Below, piece by piece: positions 18,016 through 30,600 of a stretch of DNA of 64,000 nucleotides. The position numbers and the translations under genes are program-made. The stretch's first letter is position 1; each line of letters starts with the position of its first letter. The notes beneath the pieces are model-generated. The model did no database searches and was not told the DNA's origin. It worked only from the letters and a program-made list of their open reading frames with translations. This DNA comes from Ramazzottius varieornatus. Its lineage: Eukaryota > Animalia > Tardigrada. The stretch covers positions 1,973,249-2,037,248 of the forward strand of contig BDGG01000005.1 in assembly GCA_001949185.1 (NCBI GenBank). The letters run 5' to 3'.

Positions 18016-18978
18016 CGTGAATAAGGATAAAAAAACTGCAGACGATTAGAGCCTCATGATCATCCACTTGACCTGAGTGATGAAATGTAGGTCGTCGTAA
18101 AACTCCAAGCGCGATTACAGCGTTCTCGTCCTCCCCACTGGTGCCTCGACAGCTTGATAACCTCGGACAAATGATGGAAGGAAACTGCAATAATCCGATG
18201 GCGTAATCTTATGAAAGAGATGGTCTCATTGGTCTGGTTAGAAAGTCTCGTAACGTTTCATAAGCTCTGTTGGTAAATACACAGAGACTGCCGACTGCCG
18301 AGGCCTCCAGCGCCAAGCCACAATGTTTCATAACAATCACACACACACACAATGACTTGACGTCAGGACGTTCACACATGACCCCCCTGGGTACTATGAC
18401 GGAATATCGTTTGGTCAAATACTGACACTTTGACGAAGTCAAAGTGCCTTCGATATATACGAATTAATTACAATGTTCACTTTCCAGAATATCATTTTGC
18501 ACGATGATCGACCAACCATAGTATTAACCGACCACTATAACGTTCCAAGATACATCAAAGCACCCAACGGCTCTTACTAACGCCTTTGGAAATCCTTAAA
18601 AATGTCGGTTAATTTTTGGGTATCAACCGCCTGCATACACTTCAGTCGAAGGAAAACAGCACACCATTTCAATAAAGTCGTGCAAATTCGGTTTGCCCAA
18701 AAGCTTCTATCCCGTGACATCGTGGTTCGTAAACTTCGTCTGTCTCGGTGTTCGCCGTGCGTGGTACACGAATACTACTAGAACTCAAGAGGGCAAGCAT
18801 ATGTTAAAAAATAACTTTTCGTGGTTAAAACAGAAACATGATTATCTGCGAAGACTTCCACGGAGAGCAGTTCGCCCGCCAGCAAAGCTAAAGGCAACAG
18901 CATTTTGCGTTCGTATGAAAAGGACAGGAGACGGGAGACCAGGCCAAATGAAGAAAGAACATCATGCTGTCGCGGGCC

Positions 18979-20094
18979 CTATATGAGGGAGCAATACCCA
19001 CCACATCCCGCAGCTGAGTCCGCGGTCGGTTCTTCGTTGAGGTTCACAGTTTTCGCGGCCATATTCTGCTCCCAAAGCCCCGGAGTTTGAATGATCTGGA
19101 GGACAAAGAACGAACTGCAATATATATTCTCCCACACAGTCCGCAAAATACTGTGGTACGGAGCCAAGGCAGTCAAACTCGGCAAGATCGTTTCAACAAG
19201 TGGTGCACATTTCCAGCCACGGACACTGGAAACCTGCGCTACTTGAGAAAAACGATTTTGTCAACTTTTTTTGCCGAACTCCGACAACGTACCTTCTCAA
19301 CCAGCTCCTCAAATGCGGTTTTAACGCCTTCTGCAGTCCTAGCACTGCACTCTATGAACAACATGGAATGTTTTCGGGCGAACTTTAGACCATCGTCTCG
19401 TGTCACCACTCGCTCCTGCTTGTTGTCCGTTTTGTTACCCACAAGCATCTTCACCTGAAAGGGGACGAGTGAGTCGGTAGACCTGCAGCTTGCTCCATTT
19501 TTGATATATCCGGTAGTAAACTTATGTCCGCCTACCATTCCCGGTCGGTTGGCATATGAGTCCACTTCTCCAAGCCACATTTCCAGTTTCTGGAAAGAGG
19601 GTCTTGAAGTGACGTCGTACACCAGTATGACTCCTTGAGCGCCTCGGTAGTAGCTAGGAGTCAAGGTTCTGAACCGTTCTTGACCAGCCGTATCCTGTAG
19701 GAAAAAGAAGCATGATAATTTCGGGTACTTACAAGGAAGGAAAACAAGGAATGAAAGTGGATAAAAAAATCGTCCACTTACCCAAATGGCAAGTTTCACG
19801 AGGTTTCCGTTTACGGACAAGCTCTTTACTTTGAAGTCGACTCCGATGGTGGCAGCTAGCTCTGGATCGAAGTTATCGTCCGTGAAGCGCAGAAGAAGAC
19901 TATAAAACAAAATTCAATGTTATAACCGCGAACGGAATACACCCATCCAGGAAAAGCGTAAAGAAGAACCGCCGTCTCGGCATTGTAAAATGTAAACTTG
20001 ATATATCGTAAACAGGAAAGTACCTTGATTTGCCAACGCCCGATTCTCCAATAATGAGCAGTTTTAGGGTCGTGATTGGGGCTTCTGTACCCAT
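18979..20094 (-). CDS. RAB18: Ras-related GTPase Rab18; 5 exons
   Basis: IGESGVGKS, FDPELAATIGVDF, WDTAGQERFRTLTPSYYRGAQG, GNKTD, ECSA, C-terminus CGGYCSLI*. Confidence 0.95.
19175..19282. repeat. Family P copy (Rab18 intron)
   Basis: aaactcggcaagatcg...AAGTGGTGCAC-N25-CTGCGCTACTT. Confidence 0.8.
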
Positions 20095-20763
20095 TCTACT
20101 TTACGATGGCGAGCCAAGGAAGACCTTTAATATAGACGCTGTAATAATGAACACACTTTGATGTACCAATTTCCAACTGAAATTACTGAATCACTGGAGT
20201 TTCGCCTTGTTAATCGTTTCTGGCAAGTTGCACCTTTCATCCTGGACTCCTGGTCCACAGACTGCTGCCGACGAATTTCCCTTACCTCGTGGCGATGACA
20301 ATTGTATCAAAAAGAACTCGTGACCACTGTTAGGCGACGGATTCGAATAATACTATACAAGCAGTGCGTCACACGAGCGGAAATTCCAAAGCCCCACAAC
20401 GACTGTTTCCTTGCTGTAGTGCAGATCCTGAAAACAACGACTAGGATTGTAACGGCGCATCAGGGAGCTCCTACACAAGAAATATTTGAGATGGGAGAAT
20501 CCACGACCACATCACTGACTTCATTCTGTACTGTCTCACCAATAACGTACCTCTCACGCTGGTAGCGTCTGCGAGATTACGATCGCTTTCGAGTTTCGAC
20601 GAGGACTACGAACCGCACAGCCGTCGACCAAAGAGCAGGATGTACATGACCTCCGATCCCATAAAGAGCTGATGCGGGTAGACTCCAATGGATTTTTGAT
20701 CCAGTTTTCCAAATTCCAAATTCCCAAAGTTTGTTTACGAAATTTATTTTCAGATTACATAAC

Positions 20764-20827
20764 TGACGTCAGGCACCTTGGAGCAAGCTGATTCACGTGA
20801 TTTAAACTGCAAGGACGGCTGACGTCA
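20764..20827. promoter_or_regulatory. CRE / E-box / CRE cluster in the Rab18-PEX19 divergent promoter
   Basis: TGACGTCA 20764, TCACGTGA 20793, TGACGTCA 20820. Confidence 0.45.
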
Positions 20828-21024
20828 TGCGCGAATGAACGGAAAAAGAACACTTTTTCCACTTTATTGGATATCGCAATCTCGCTTCCGTCTCGGTCAT
20901 TTTCGGCATCGGACTGATCGGAGCCTTCGGAACTCGGAAGTCAGAACTCATCTATCGGTAGCTGCTTTGAAAAGTCTTCAGCGAGATATCTGCAACTCTC
21001 CTCTCTCCCATTCTGACAGCTGCG

Positions 21025-22092
21025 ATGGACAGCTCCAGACTGTCAAATGGACAGCCTGTGCCAGACGCCGATTTAGAATCACTGCTCCAACAAGCCCTGG
21101 AGGAATTCGACCATCCCGTCCTTCTCCCCAGCGAGAAGATCCACAGAGCAACCGTAAGCCTTTCCTTGTCCCGCCTTTCCAGCGTACCAACTTATCATAA
21201 GTATCTGACTTTGCAGGGCAAAGATTCATCCCGCCAGCCCAACGTCCCCGTCCAAGCGCACATTACTTCCGGTTCATCCGAAAAGCCGGGCCATTCCATC
21301 CCGAACAATGAGAACCTAGCAAGTACGACGAAAGAAATCGATGATGCTCTTACGGAGATCGCGCAGGACGATCCGGCGCTGGCCGCTCAGCTGAAGAAGC
21401 TCACGGAAAGCGCCGCCGCAGTCGCAAACGAAGACCAAGATATCGCCATGCAGAACTTCTCCCAGTTCGCATCCATGTTCAGAGACACATTGAACCAGTT
21501 GTCCGCGCAAGACGGCGACGGTCAGGGTGATGATATGGAAGGCGATCTATTGAGCATCATGAGCAGCTTGAGCAGGCTTGGCATGGATAGCTCTTCTCTC
21601 GGTTAGTGGTTGAATCTGCCGTTAGCATTTCTAATTTGCGATATTTCTATAATATTTCGTTTACTGTCAGACGGTTCGGCAGACTCTGAGCTTGCTTCGC
21701 TAAGGACCTTCACAAGAAGGTTCCTGTCCAAAGATCTGATGTACGAGCCGGTGAAAGAATGCGAATTAGAGCTAAAGCAGTGGCTGGAAGAGAAACGGGC
21801 GACCCTCGTACCGGAAGTGGCGAAGCGCCATGAAGCGCAGCTGTGCTGTCTACGGTCTCTAGTGCGGGAATATGAAGTGAACTGGGACGGGATGAATTCG
21901 GAGAATGAAGACGTTCATCTCCCGAAGCTTCTCGAGTTGGCGAAGCAGTTACAAGATACCGGTGAGTTTCCCGAAGGAATCCGAAGTTACGCAAACCTCG
22001 AGGATGTTTATGGCGGTCTTGTTGGCGGCAAGAAGAGCACCGAAAAGGATCATGATTTGGAAAATGCGCCGCCGAACTGCGCAACCTCGTAA
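21025..22092 (+). CDS. PEX19: Peroxisomal biogenesis factor 19; about 3 exons
   Basis: DADLESLLQQALEEF (Pex3-binding helix), FLSKDLMYEPVKE, LQDTGEFPEGI, C-terminal CaaX CATS*. Confidence 0.85.
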
Positions 22093-22378
22093 AGAACCTT
22101 TTCCGCGACAAAGACAGTGCTGCCAGTGGACGAACTCCCTTCTTTACCAAAGCCCATTTTCGGGTAGGAACCTGTTTCATCCGTCTCGAACTTCTTGAAT
22201 TTTCATAAGCGTTGACGTGAACGATAAAGAGGCTACTTGAGTACAGTAAAGTTGCACAATGAAAGGTGACAGCATCTGAAGCTCAAAGGCACAACAGTAT
22301 TAGATTCGTTAACGATTTCGTAGGAGCTGTGCATCAAAGGTAGATTCCACGAAGGAAGTGTTAGAGGAAGGCCCGACT

Positions 22379-23407
22379 TCACAGGAAGTTGCTCTGGAGA
22401 GGCTTCCACGTGCGTCCCGCGGCGAGTTCTCTGTAGAAACTCACGATGCTGTACACTGCAAGACCCTGAAACAGAAGAACGGGTTAGTCCGAAGAACCAT
22501 CCACATTCCGAGCTGAGCTACCGTAGGCTAGAATGGGGCCAGAGGGAGAGAGACACCTTACGTTGACTAGTAGGCGACTGATAAAGAACCCGAGCTCCGC
22601 TTCCAACAAACCGTCGAGACCCTGGGAACAAAGAAAATGCAGTTTTGCTGCAGGTTTCTTGTACATGTATGATTTTTGTCGTTCCGGTCTCGGTCACCAC
22701 GCTGTCACTTCAGAAGGGCTTTTACGCGACATCAAGGGCACAAAGATGCTAAGCTGTAGGCGGGTCCTTGAGAACCGCCCTGGAGATCGATTAAGGATAC
22801 AGGAGGGTTAAAGGAATTTATGATTGGAACGTGAGTGTTATCGTTCCAGCTGGCATCTTCAAAGGCCATGCTTGTCATGTAGTCGTCAAGTCCATCCAGC
22901 TTACAAAAAATGTAGGGAAATCGAGTATTTCCCTTGCGGAAACCGCATAAAGTGTGCTGACTGAGTGCCTCTCGAATCTCGGTAGCGTCATATGGTAACC
23001 GTATTGTGCATGTGCGTGCGCAGACAGATTTCCCACTTCCGTGGTTGATGTTGCTCTTTCTTCTACCAGAAAAACGTCCGGCTTCTTCACTGGACATTAA
23101 GAAACTTACGTGATGCATGTGAGCCGTCAGGACTAGCGAGTAGACCATGCAGACACTCTCCAGGCAAACCAGGGCAACGAAGCCAACTAGCCAGGTAAAG
23201 ATGAGGGATAGCTTCTCCTGCGCAAACAAGAGCGAGAACTGTACGGTAGTCTGCTCCTATCGACAGTTCATCCGTCTTCGAGCAGTTGAGTTTACCCACC
23301 TGCACAATCCCAACGAGGAGTGTGATAGCTAGGCATAAGACCAGGATGTGGGAAGAGAGTAAAACGAACTGCGACGTCTGTATACCTGTTTGGAAAAATG
23401 ATACCAT
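22379..23407 (-). CDS. Small multi-pass membrane protein (DUF4728/LAPTM-like); 5' exons probably lie further upstream (~23600-24200), unresolved
   Basis: Hydrophobic exons ILVLCLAITLLVGIVQ | EKLSLIFTWLVGFVALVCLESVCMVYSLVL | GLDGLLEAELGFFISRLLVN | GLAVYSIVSFYRELAAG...NFL*. Confidence 0.6.
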
Positions 23408-23450
23408 GAACTAAGATTTCCATTCCGAAATACCTAAGAGCTTGACAAAG

Positions 23451-23552
23451 AAACTCGGTGGGATTGTTTTTCTAAGTACCGCACTTTTTCATCGTTACTG
23501 GCTGAAAGCGTGCGCCACTTGGAAAAACGAAAAATGAATCTTGTTGAGTTTC
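23451..23552. repeat. Family P copy
   Basis: aaactcgg...GTGCGCCACTTGGAAAAACGA. Confidence 0.75.
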
Positions 23553-24628
23553 ATCTACCAGTCTTCCCTTTTGAAATACTGTACGGCTAGACCTTTCATT
23601 TACCTTTTTTTAATTTTCTCAAATATTTTGAATATCGATGTCGAATAAATTCTGAAATGGGTGTATAATCTGTTGTGTATTATCCATTCTTCGTGAATTC
23701 TGAAGATGGGTTTTGGTTAGGTTCTTCGCTGTGGCTAGAGGGCGTATCAGCTGTACATAAAGGGGCAACGTGATGGGGATCGATGTTGCACGTCAGTGTA
23801 TCCGAAAAATTTACACGCTTGACGAAGTATATTTGACAGAATTGCCACCATGATCAAGCTAACGTCTTGACTCATTGAGTTTGGCAGGAGATGGGCCTAA
23901 AGATTCGTTGATGAATGCCTGATGAGGATGTTGCGTTCGCCGCAGTCATTGGAATGGAAAATTACATGTGGCAGTACTGCCATTTATAATATGTGAAATG
24001 GACAGCTTCGAATTTACACTAGCTTGAGCTGAAGACACATTATTCCCTTCATCTTGTCTCATATATTCGCGTCCTCAACCAAAGTACAACAGTGAAGATG
24101 TTTTTGCCGAAAAAAGTCAAGCTTGTCAAAAAACGACGAGATCGAGAGCATATCCCTTGGGTCCTGCTCTACTACTGTAAATGCAACGTCAGTGCCGATT
24201 TAGCACGTAGCCACCTACCGTAATAATATCGTCGATCCAGCCGGTCCTCCTCTGTTGACCAACAGATATCCACAAAAGCTTTCCAACCGTAAAGTAGAAC
24301 CGCTAATATTGACATGCTCTGCAAGGAAAGGTTTCCCGGTTATTTTATTAGAGCTTTGTTCGTTAGGTCGATACATTCAATGGGTTTTCGATCGGATAGG
24401 CTACTGTTTATTATGTAGAAAAGTTCGATAATAGTGTCGTTCTTATCGAGCTTCTCGTTGGATATCGATATAGGGTTCTTGTTGCTTTTGCAGTTGTTGA
24501 ACCGGAGAGCTGAAATGAGCTAAGCTTATTTAACAATGCCTGTTCCTCCTTCGTGGAGCACTGGTTCCAGGCTGAGTACCCAACGACGTCCCGTTGTGAT
24601 AAGATAGTTTACTGTATTCGGAACCTGA

Positions 24629-24731
24629 ACAAACAGACTCAACAAGATCGTTTCTCCAAGTGGCGCACACTTTGGTAAATAACACTGCAAGTGTGCGCCA
24701 CTTGGGAAACAATCCTGTTGAGTTTGTCCAC
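24629..24731. repeat. Family P copy
   Basis: CCAAGTGGCGCAC-N24-GTGCGCCACTTGG. Confidence 0.85.
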
Positions 24732-24959
24732 CGATCGAGCTCTCGTATCCTTTGTATCAGGTCGGTCGATATGACTTTGCTCTTTCTGGAGGGCGCACTT
24801 TCGATAACGTTTTTTCACCACGCAAAGAAACTTTTTCCAGTTCGTATGATGCTCAACGGTAACAACAAGCTCTCTAAAATTTTTCACAGCCACAACCAAA
24901 GGGATTCAATGATAGAAAAAAATAGGGAAAATAACGGAAGCAGCACCGCTCAGTTTTCA

Positions 24960-25280
24960 CTAGGGAATGTTCGTACTTTTTCCGACAAAACACGTTACTA
25001 CTTTCTGAAAACTGAGTGTGTGGGATCTGTGGGTGTGTCGTACGCACAACTTCAGCTACAAGCTAATGGCGATAAACTATGGAAGAAACAAATTGTGATT
25101 CTGAAAAAAAAAGTTTCGCAAAACTGCGCGGTGGTACGCCGCGCTTGTGTGCGCCAGTTCAGCGGGGGAACAACTTTTTGCTACGTTTGGTTGGGCCACA
25201 AGAAGTTTTTTGTGAAAGTGAGTCAAAATTCTCAAAAAGTGGTGGTAACGAAAAACGTTTTCGGAAATTAACCGAGAGCG
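24960..25280. repeat. Old, degenerate palindromic element
   Basis: ttccgacaaaacacgttactactttctgaaaactgag loosely mirrors the reverse complement of 25220-25268; central gcgcgg...ccgcgc hairpin. Confidence 0.35.
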
Positions 25281-26062
25281 CGATCGGATCTTTCACGTAA
25301 TCATTTAGAATACTGTAGCTATGTTACAAACAAGAAACCAGATCAAAATTCCGACCCAGTTCAAAGATATGATTTTTGAAAGTTGCACTTCAAAAAGCGC
25401 AAAGTCATATCGACCGACCTGATACCGCTTCCTGGTTTGGTCATGCACAGAATTCGAGAGATGATTTCAACTGTTTTTAGAAGTTTGTTTGTTGGCTCTA
25501 CAGGAGTTCAGAGCCTGATCTTACCCTAGTTTCATGGAGGTCGTCTGAACCAGACGTGCTCGGGGGAGTAGGTTCAACCTCATGCTATTCATTCGGCTGT
25601 TGAGACGGTTTAAACACTGCAAAGCCGCCTCGGATATTAGAAACAAAGCCGATGTTTATCCTGAAATTGAAACTGGCGATCTTCGTACTGTATCAATCGA
25701 TTCGACCGGCCATTACAATAAAGGAGAATCCAGTTACCGGATGCGGTTATAAGGATGCAGTTACGCAAATATGTACTTTGGCCCTTTAATTGCCTGACTT
25801 CGAGGCCGATCACGTAGCTTTATCGCGTCTTTTGACTCCTCACTAACGACATTCATAAAGTCTGTTTGAAGATCTAGCCAAGCCATTCTAGCAACGATCC
25901 ATCGTTAAGCCCATTGAGCCATCACGGCCATATCGTAAAATGCCAGACATCTTTATTGTCATACACAGATGCTGTGTGAACTTCCGGACGTTTTTCTGAA
26001 TATTCAGAAAAATATTCGGGTTATTCAAATAATTTTTTTGGGACTACGTGAAGCGTGGGACA

Positions 26063-26171
26063 TGGGCAAAAGATGGAACCAAATCGTTTTCACGAGTGGC
26101 GCACATATTCAGCCAATACGAATGAAAACTTGCGCCACTTGGGATACCAGCCTGGTTCAGTTCATTTCCCA
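26063..26171. repeat. Family P copy
   Basis: AGTGGCGCAC-N25-TTGCGCCACTTGG. Confidence 0.8.
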
Positions 26172-27533
26172 CTTCCCGTATTCAGCTAAAAACGAACAGT
26201 TGACCGGGGACGCTTTTGGATATTCTCGTAAATATGCCGTAATTTTTCCGAGCTTACCAAAGTGGTGACTGAAGCAACGATAGCTCCACAGCGTGCATCG
26301 AACCTGCAGAGGTCTTTCGGTTCCTCATAACCTCGTTTATGGAGGGCCATAGTTTGACGGTAACTTTGGCTTCTTCGTGCAGGAACCAAAGTACACAATA
26401 AACAAGAATTGGTTTCAGAAAAGGAAACCAGATGTCGGACGGGGAACCGCGAGGGAATATGTTCGAAGTCAACGGCAGATGAACGAGTACACGGTGATCA
26501 AAAATTATGCATGCGTGCTACGTACGATAGTCGAGACATTTACATGATGATATGCGTGGAAGGGAACGAAGCTAAATGGACACGAATAGATCTGGGTTGT
26601 TCATTAATAATCAGCAAGGCTCGCACTACAACTCGTTTTATCCCGTCTTGTAGGAGCCTAGGAGGGACATTAAACCAGAAAGTCAGCTGTAAGTGAAACC
26701 AGAAACTGCGGATGAATGGCGTCACAGGATCATCAAGCGACACGGTTCGTCAGACTCTACGAGCTTTACCGCCACTTGCAGCCTGCTTCTCCATGCGGCT
26801 TGAGGCTACACTTCCCCTTTTCCTGTATTGGCGAGAGGTCGTACAGCACTTATGCCGTAACCGCATCTCCATCAGTTTTCATTATACTCTGTCTTTGGAC
26901 GTTTTCGTCTCCGTCTCTCCATGGCCGTTCCCTGTCGACATGACTTTAGGCGACTTGCTTGGGACTTAATCAATTTTGTTGGCAACAATTGACCCTATCA
27001 GAGATTATTCCGAATTTCTTATGATGAGTATTCGTCGATACAATCAACTGGAATGACCGATTGTGAAACCAAATAAGGTTATCGAGCTTTCGGTCTTCTT
27101 CAGCCAAGTCAAATTATTCCCTCGTTAGCATAAAACAGTCCTCGGCATCTCTTTGACTGTTTCTTCTTTATATGACGTTTTCGTGTGCATGCCAAATTGT
27201 TCCCTGGTTAAGTGGATGAACTCCACTGCCTCTGACAGACTGGGCTTCCGGCAGGGTAGAATGAGCTTGATCGACTCTCGCAAAGCAACTCCACCAAACT
27301 TTTAATCAACGATAGTACCTAATTACGTGTTCCTCCTTGTCAAACTGCTTCACTTCCCGCCTTGATGATAGACAACTGTGTCACTTAGCTTAGCGATAAT
27401 CCCAACTCCAGGAGGGCAATGTGGGTGTAGCCTTGCTGCCTTTCACACCCACATCATGTTGCGCAACGCTAACTTAGCTTTGCTGCATGACGTCGGTGCG
27501 GACGTGTCTTTAACATTACCGCGATGACGTCAC

Positions 27534-27547
27534 GTAGCCATGGTCAC
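27534..27547. promoter_or_regulatory. X-box-like (RFX) motif upstream of the flagellar gene
   Basis: GTAGCCATGGTCAC compared with X-box GTTGCCATGGCAAC, ~125 nt upstream of ATG 27673. Confidence 0.35.
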
Positions 27548-27672
27548 TTACGACGCCGTTTCCATTTCTTGTGGATCAGCGATCGTTAACGAGAGTTCGA
27601 ATGCGAATGTCATACAGTGCTCTATTCATAGTGCGGAAAAATCCTTCATAAGAGGCCCGTGAAGCAGAAATT

Positions 27673-30600
27673 ATGCCAATGCCGATCTCGAAAACGCAAG
27701 AGCAAAATAAGGCCGCGGCGGCTGCTGAAGTTGCCGTTGAGAAACCTGCAGAGAAGCCTGTGGAGTTGATTGAAGACGATCAAGAAACTAGCAATGATCC
27801 AGTTGAGACACTTGCCCTTTATCGACATTACGAGCTCCTCGATCCTGATTACAAGCCGGATGATGATGAGTGTGTTGAGATAAACGTTGCTAACCCGGAA
27901 TTCCCTATTGGAAGCTCCGGTGTCACTCACCGTCCGGAAACCCCAACAGATTACGGTAAGACATCTTGTCCAATCAGATTCATCGACTTTATCTTTATCT
28001 AATCGAGTAGACTCTCTAGCGAGACTTCCTGTCTCTGCTCACCTAATTCAGGAACGACCGTTTGGGAATTCTGATAAACGACTGTAGTTACTGTGTAGAG
28101 ACTTCGGAAAAGGCACGCCACTTGGCGGAAGATCCCTGGCGGCCTCGTGATGAGCAGTGGAATTGCTATTGGGATCGGAGCATCCTGCTCGAAAACCGGA
28201 AGGGCAAAGGCCATAGACAAGTGATCGAGCTGATGATCCAAAGGTGAGTTCTTGCTCGACAGAAACATTGCAAATCGAGATTAGTGAGCATGATTTGGCC
28301 GATTTGGAAGCTTGGCAAAGGAACTCGACAAGATTGTTTTCCCAAGTGACGCACGTTTTCGGTGTTATCAGCGGGTAGCGTGCGCCACGTGGAAAAATGT
28401 TCCTGCCGAGCTCCCCATTTCTCTTTATAGGAAGCTACTGTATATTGGTTTTGTTAGGTATGAGGGCGTGACCAACAGGATCTTCGAAAGCTTCGGCTCT
28501 GTTACTTACGCTTCTGGCGTTACCTACCAAGTGAGTTTACGTTTCCGGTTGACCTCTTCAGTTCATAAATGCTGATAAAGTCTCATTTTCGAAGGGTCTG
28601 TTCGATTCCAAGAGGACCGCCACGGGCATTGGACGGCTGATCTTTCCCGACGGAACTGTCTTTGATGTGGGCTCGTCCGTCTCTGCTTCTTTCATATGCC
28701 AACGATAACTGAAATGATCTGACTCGCTAATTGATGACTTTGTAGGGTGAAGTTTTGGAAGGTGCAGTGGGACGCCGAGGTATCTTCCGTTGGTCGGATG
28801 GCTCAGTTTACGAAGGTAACCTCCAAAACGGAATGCGGAATGGATACGGGCGCTTCCTGGACAGCAGCAGTGGAAGTTTCTACGACGGAAACTGGCTGTG
28901 CGGACATAACCACGGCTATGTGAGTGCTTTCTTTGATTAGCTTCTCTAACCGAAATTTAGAGTGAAGTTTGGTTGTAGGGAAGAATAACGTACTACGGCA
29001 CCGAAGACGACTACTATCAGGGGCAGTGGTGTCTCGGAATGCCATGGGGACGTGGCGTACGGAACTGGCCATCGGGTAACTCTTACGAAGGACAGTGGGC
29101 CATGGGCTTGCCACATGGGGAAGGCAGCAAACTCTGGAAGGACAAGATGATTTTCTTTCGTGGAGAATTCGAGGAAGGCCTGCCGGTAAATGAGTCCATA
29201 TGGAAGCACTTCAAACGAATTTGACGAGATCACTTTCCTAAGTGGCGCACGGTTTCGGCCTAAACACTGAAAACGTGGGCCACTTGGTAAAAATTCTTGT
29301 CGGAACTGTTAGTCGACCGTCCATATGACGTAGTCGTAATATACAGGAGTTGCACTTTACGCAGATGGTTTGAACAAACGACAGTTTGGATAAAACGATT
29401 GCATTTAGAAAAGTTTAAACATTCAAGATTTGTAATTCGCCTCGCGATTCATGAAACGAAGGGGGGCTTCGTTCGTGAATCACGAAGAAAATCACCCGTA
29501 GAGTTCGAACGTGAACGAATTGCCGTCAGTAATGCCCTGGCTGGCCCGAAGCACTGGGAAGCGTAATCGCTGCACGGGCAACACAGGGCCTACACTCCGG
29601 ACAATCAGTCAATCAGATTTGCGTTCGAGTCGGCTCTATTTTAACTTGGTGGGCTAATTACTGCCGAACAAACCACCTGACCAGCAGTGGTCGTTTGTTC
29701 CATCGTTTTTAGCAAACTCCCTCGCGTTGTGCAACTTCTCAAAGCTTCCAGCGAATGCTTTTATAAACTTCGATTTTCAAAGTTAATTATTTCTCGTTTG
29801 TTCAAACCATCTGCGCAAAGTGGAACTTCTCTAATATCACCGTTGTGGTGACCGACGTTTTTCTTGTTGGTATTCAGCACGGATATGGAATAATGCAATG
29901 GGTGACCCGGGTACAATCAAGTGCCTTGGCTTCCGGTCAGAGATTTTATTACGGGAACTTCCGTAATGGTTTGATCGACGGATATGGCGTCTTTACCGAA
30001 AGCGATGGGACATGCTACAAGGGAAGCTGGTCCGAAGGAAAAAAGAATGGAAAGGTTGGTCAATATTCAAGTAAATAACAGCTGGAATGTTTTGGTTGAA
30101 GACCATTCATTTTCTTCAGTTTGTAGTGACACTAGCCAACGGTATCGTTCTAGACTGCGTCTATGTCAACAACGAGCTCTTCGACTCTATGGAGAAATTC
30201 TTGGTGAAAGAGAGCAAGGAAAGGTTTTACCACATTCCACTTCCGGGTCCGTTGATAGCCCAGCTGAACTACGCCCCATACGGCGGAGAACCCGAGACGT
30301 CGGCCATCCTTCTGCCAGGAACCATCCACGTCCTCACCATGAAGTTTAATCTCGCTCGTGAGGTCATCGCGGAAGAAGTCAAAGCTATGGGTGTCATCAT
30401 CCGAGCTTACCTCGAGCCACTGATCACGGTGTACAACGTGTACAACAGGCTAATGGTCGAAACTGCCTGTGACAACGTCTACGTTATGCGCGCGTTCCAG
30501 TACTGGCAGTTTCTGGTGGATGTCGTCCTCGAAAAGACCAACACCGGAACTGGTCAGATCAAGCTGAAATAAAAATCAATGCTGCAACCTTTTTCTGTGC

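Noticed and set aside
24200-27600. ORF-track ORFs such as 24660-25271
   Set aside because: They run through repeats, lack recognisable motifs and consistent splice structure; treated as non-coding, although a hidden 5' exon cannot be excluded
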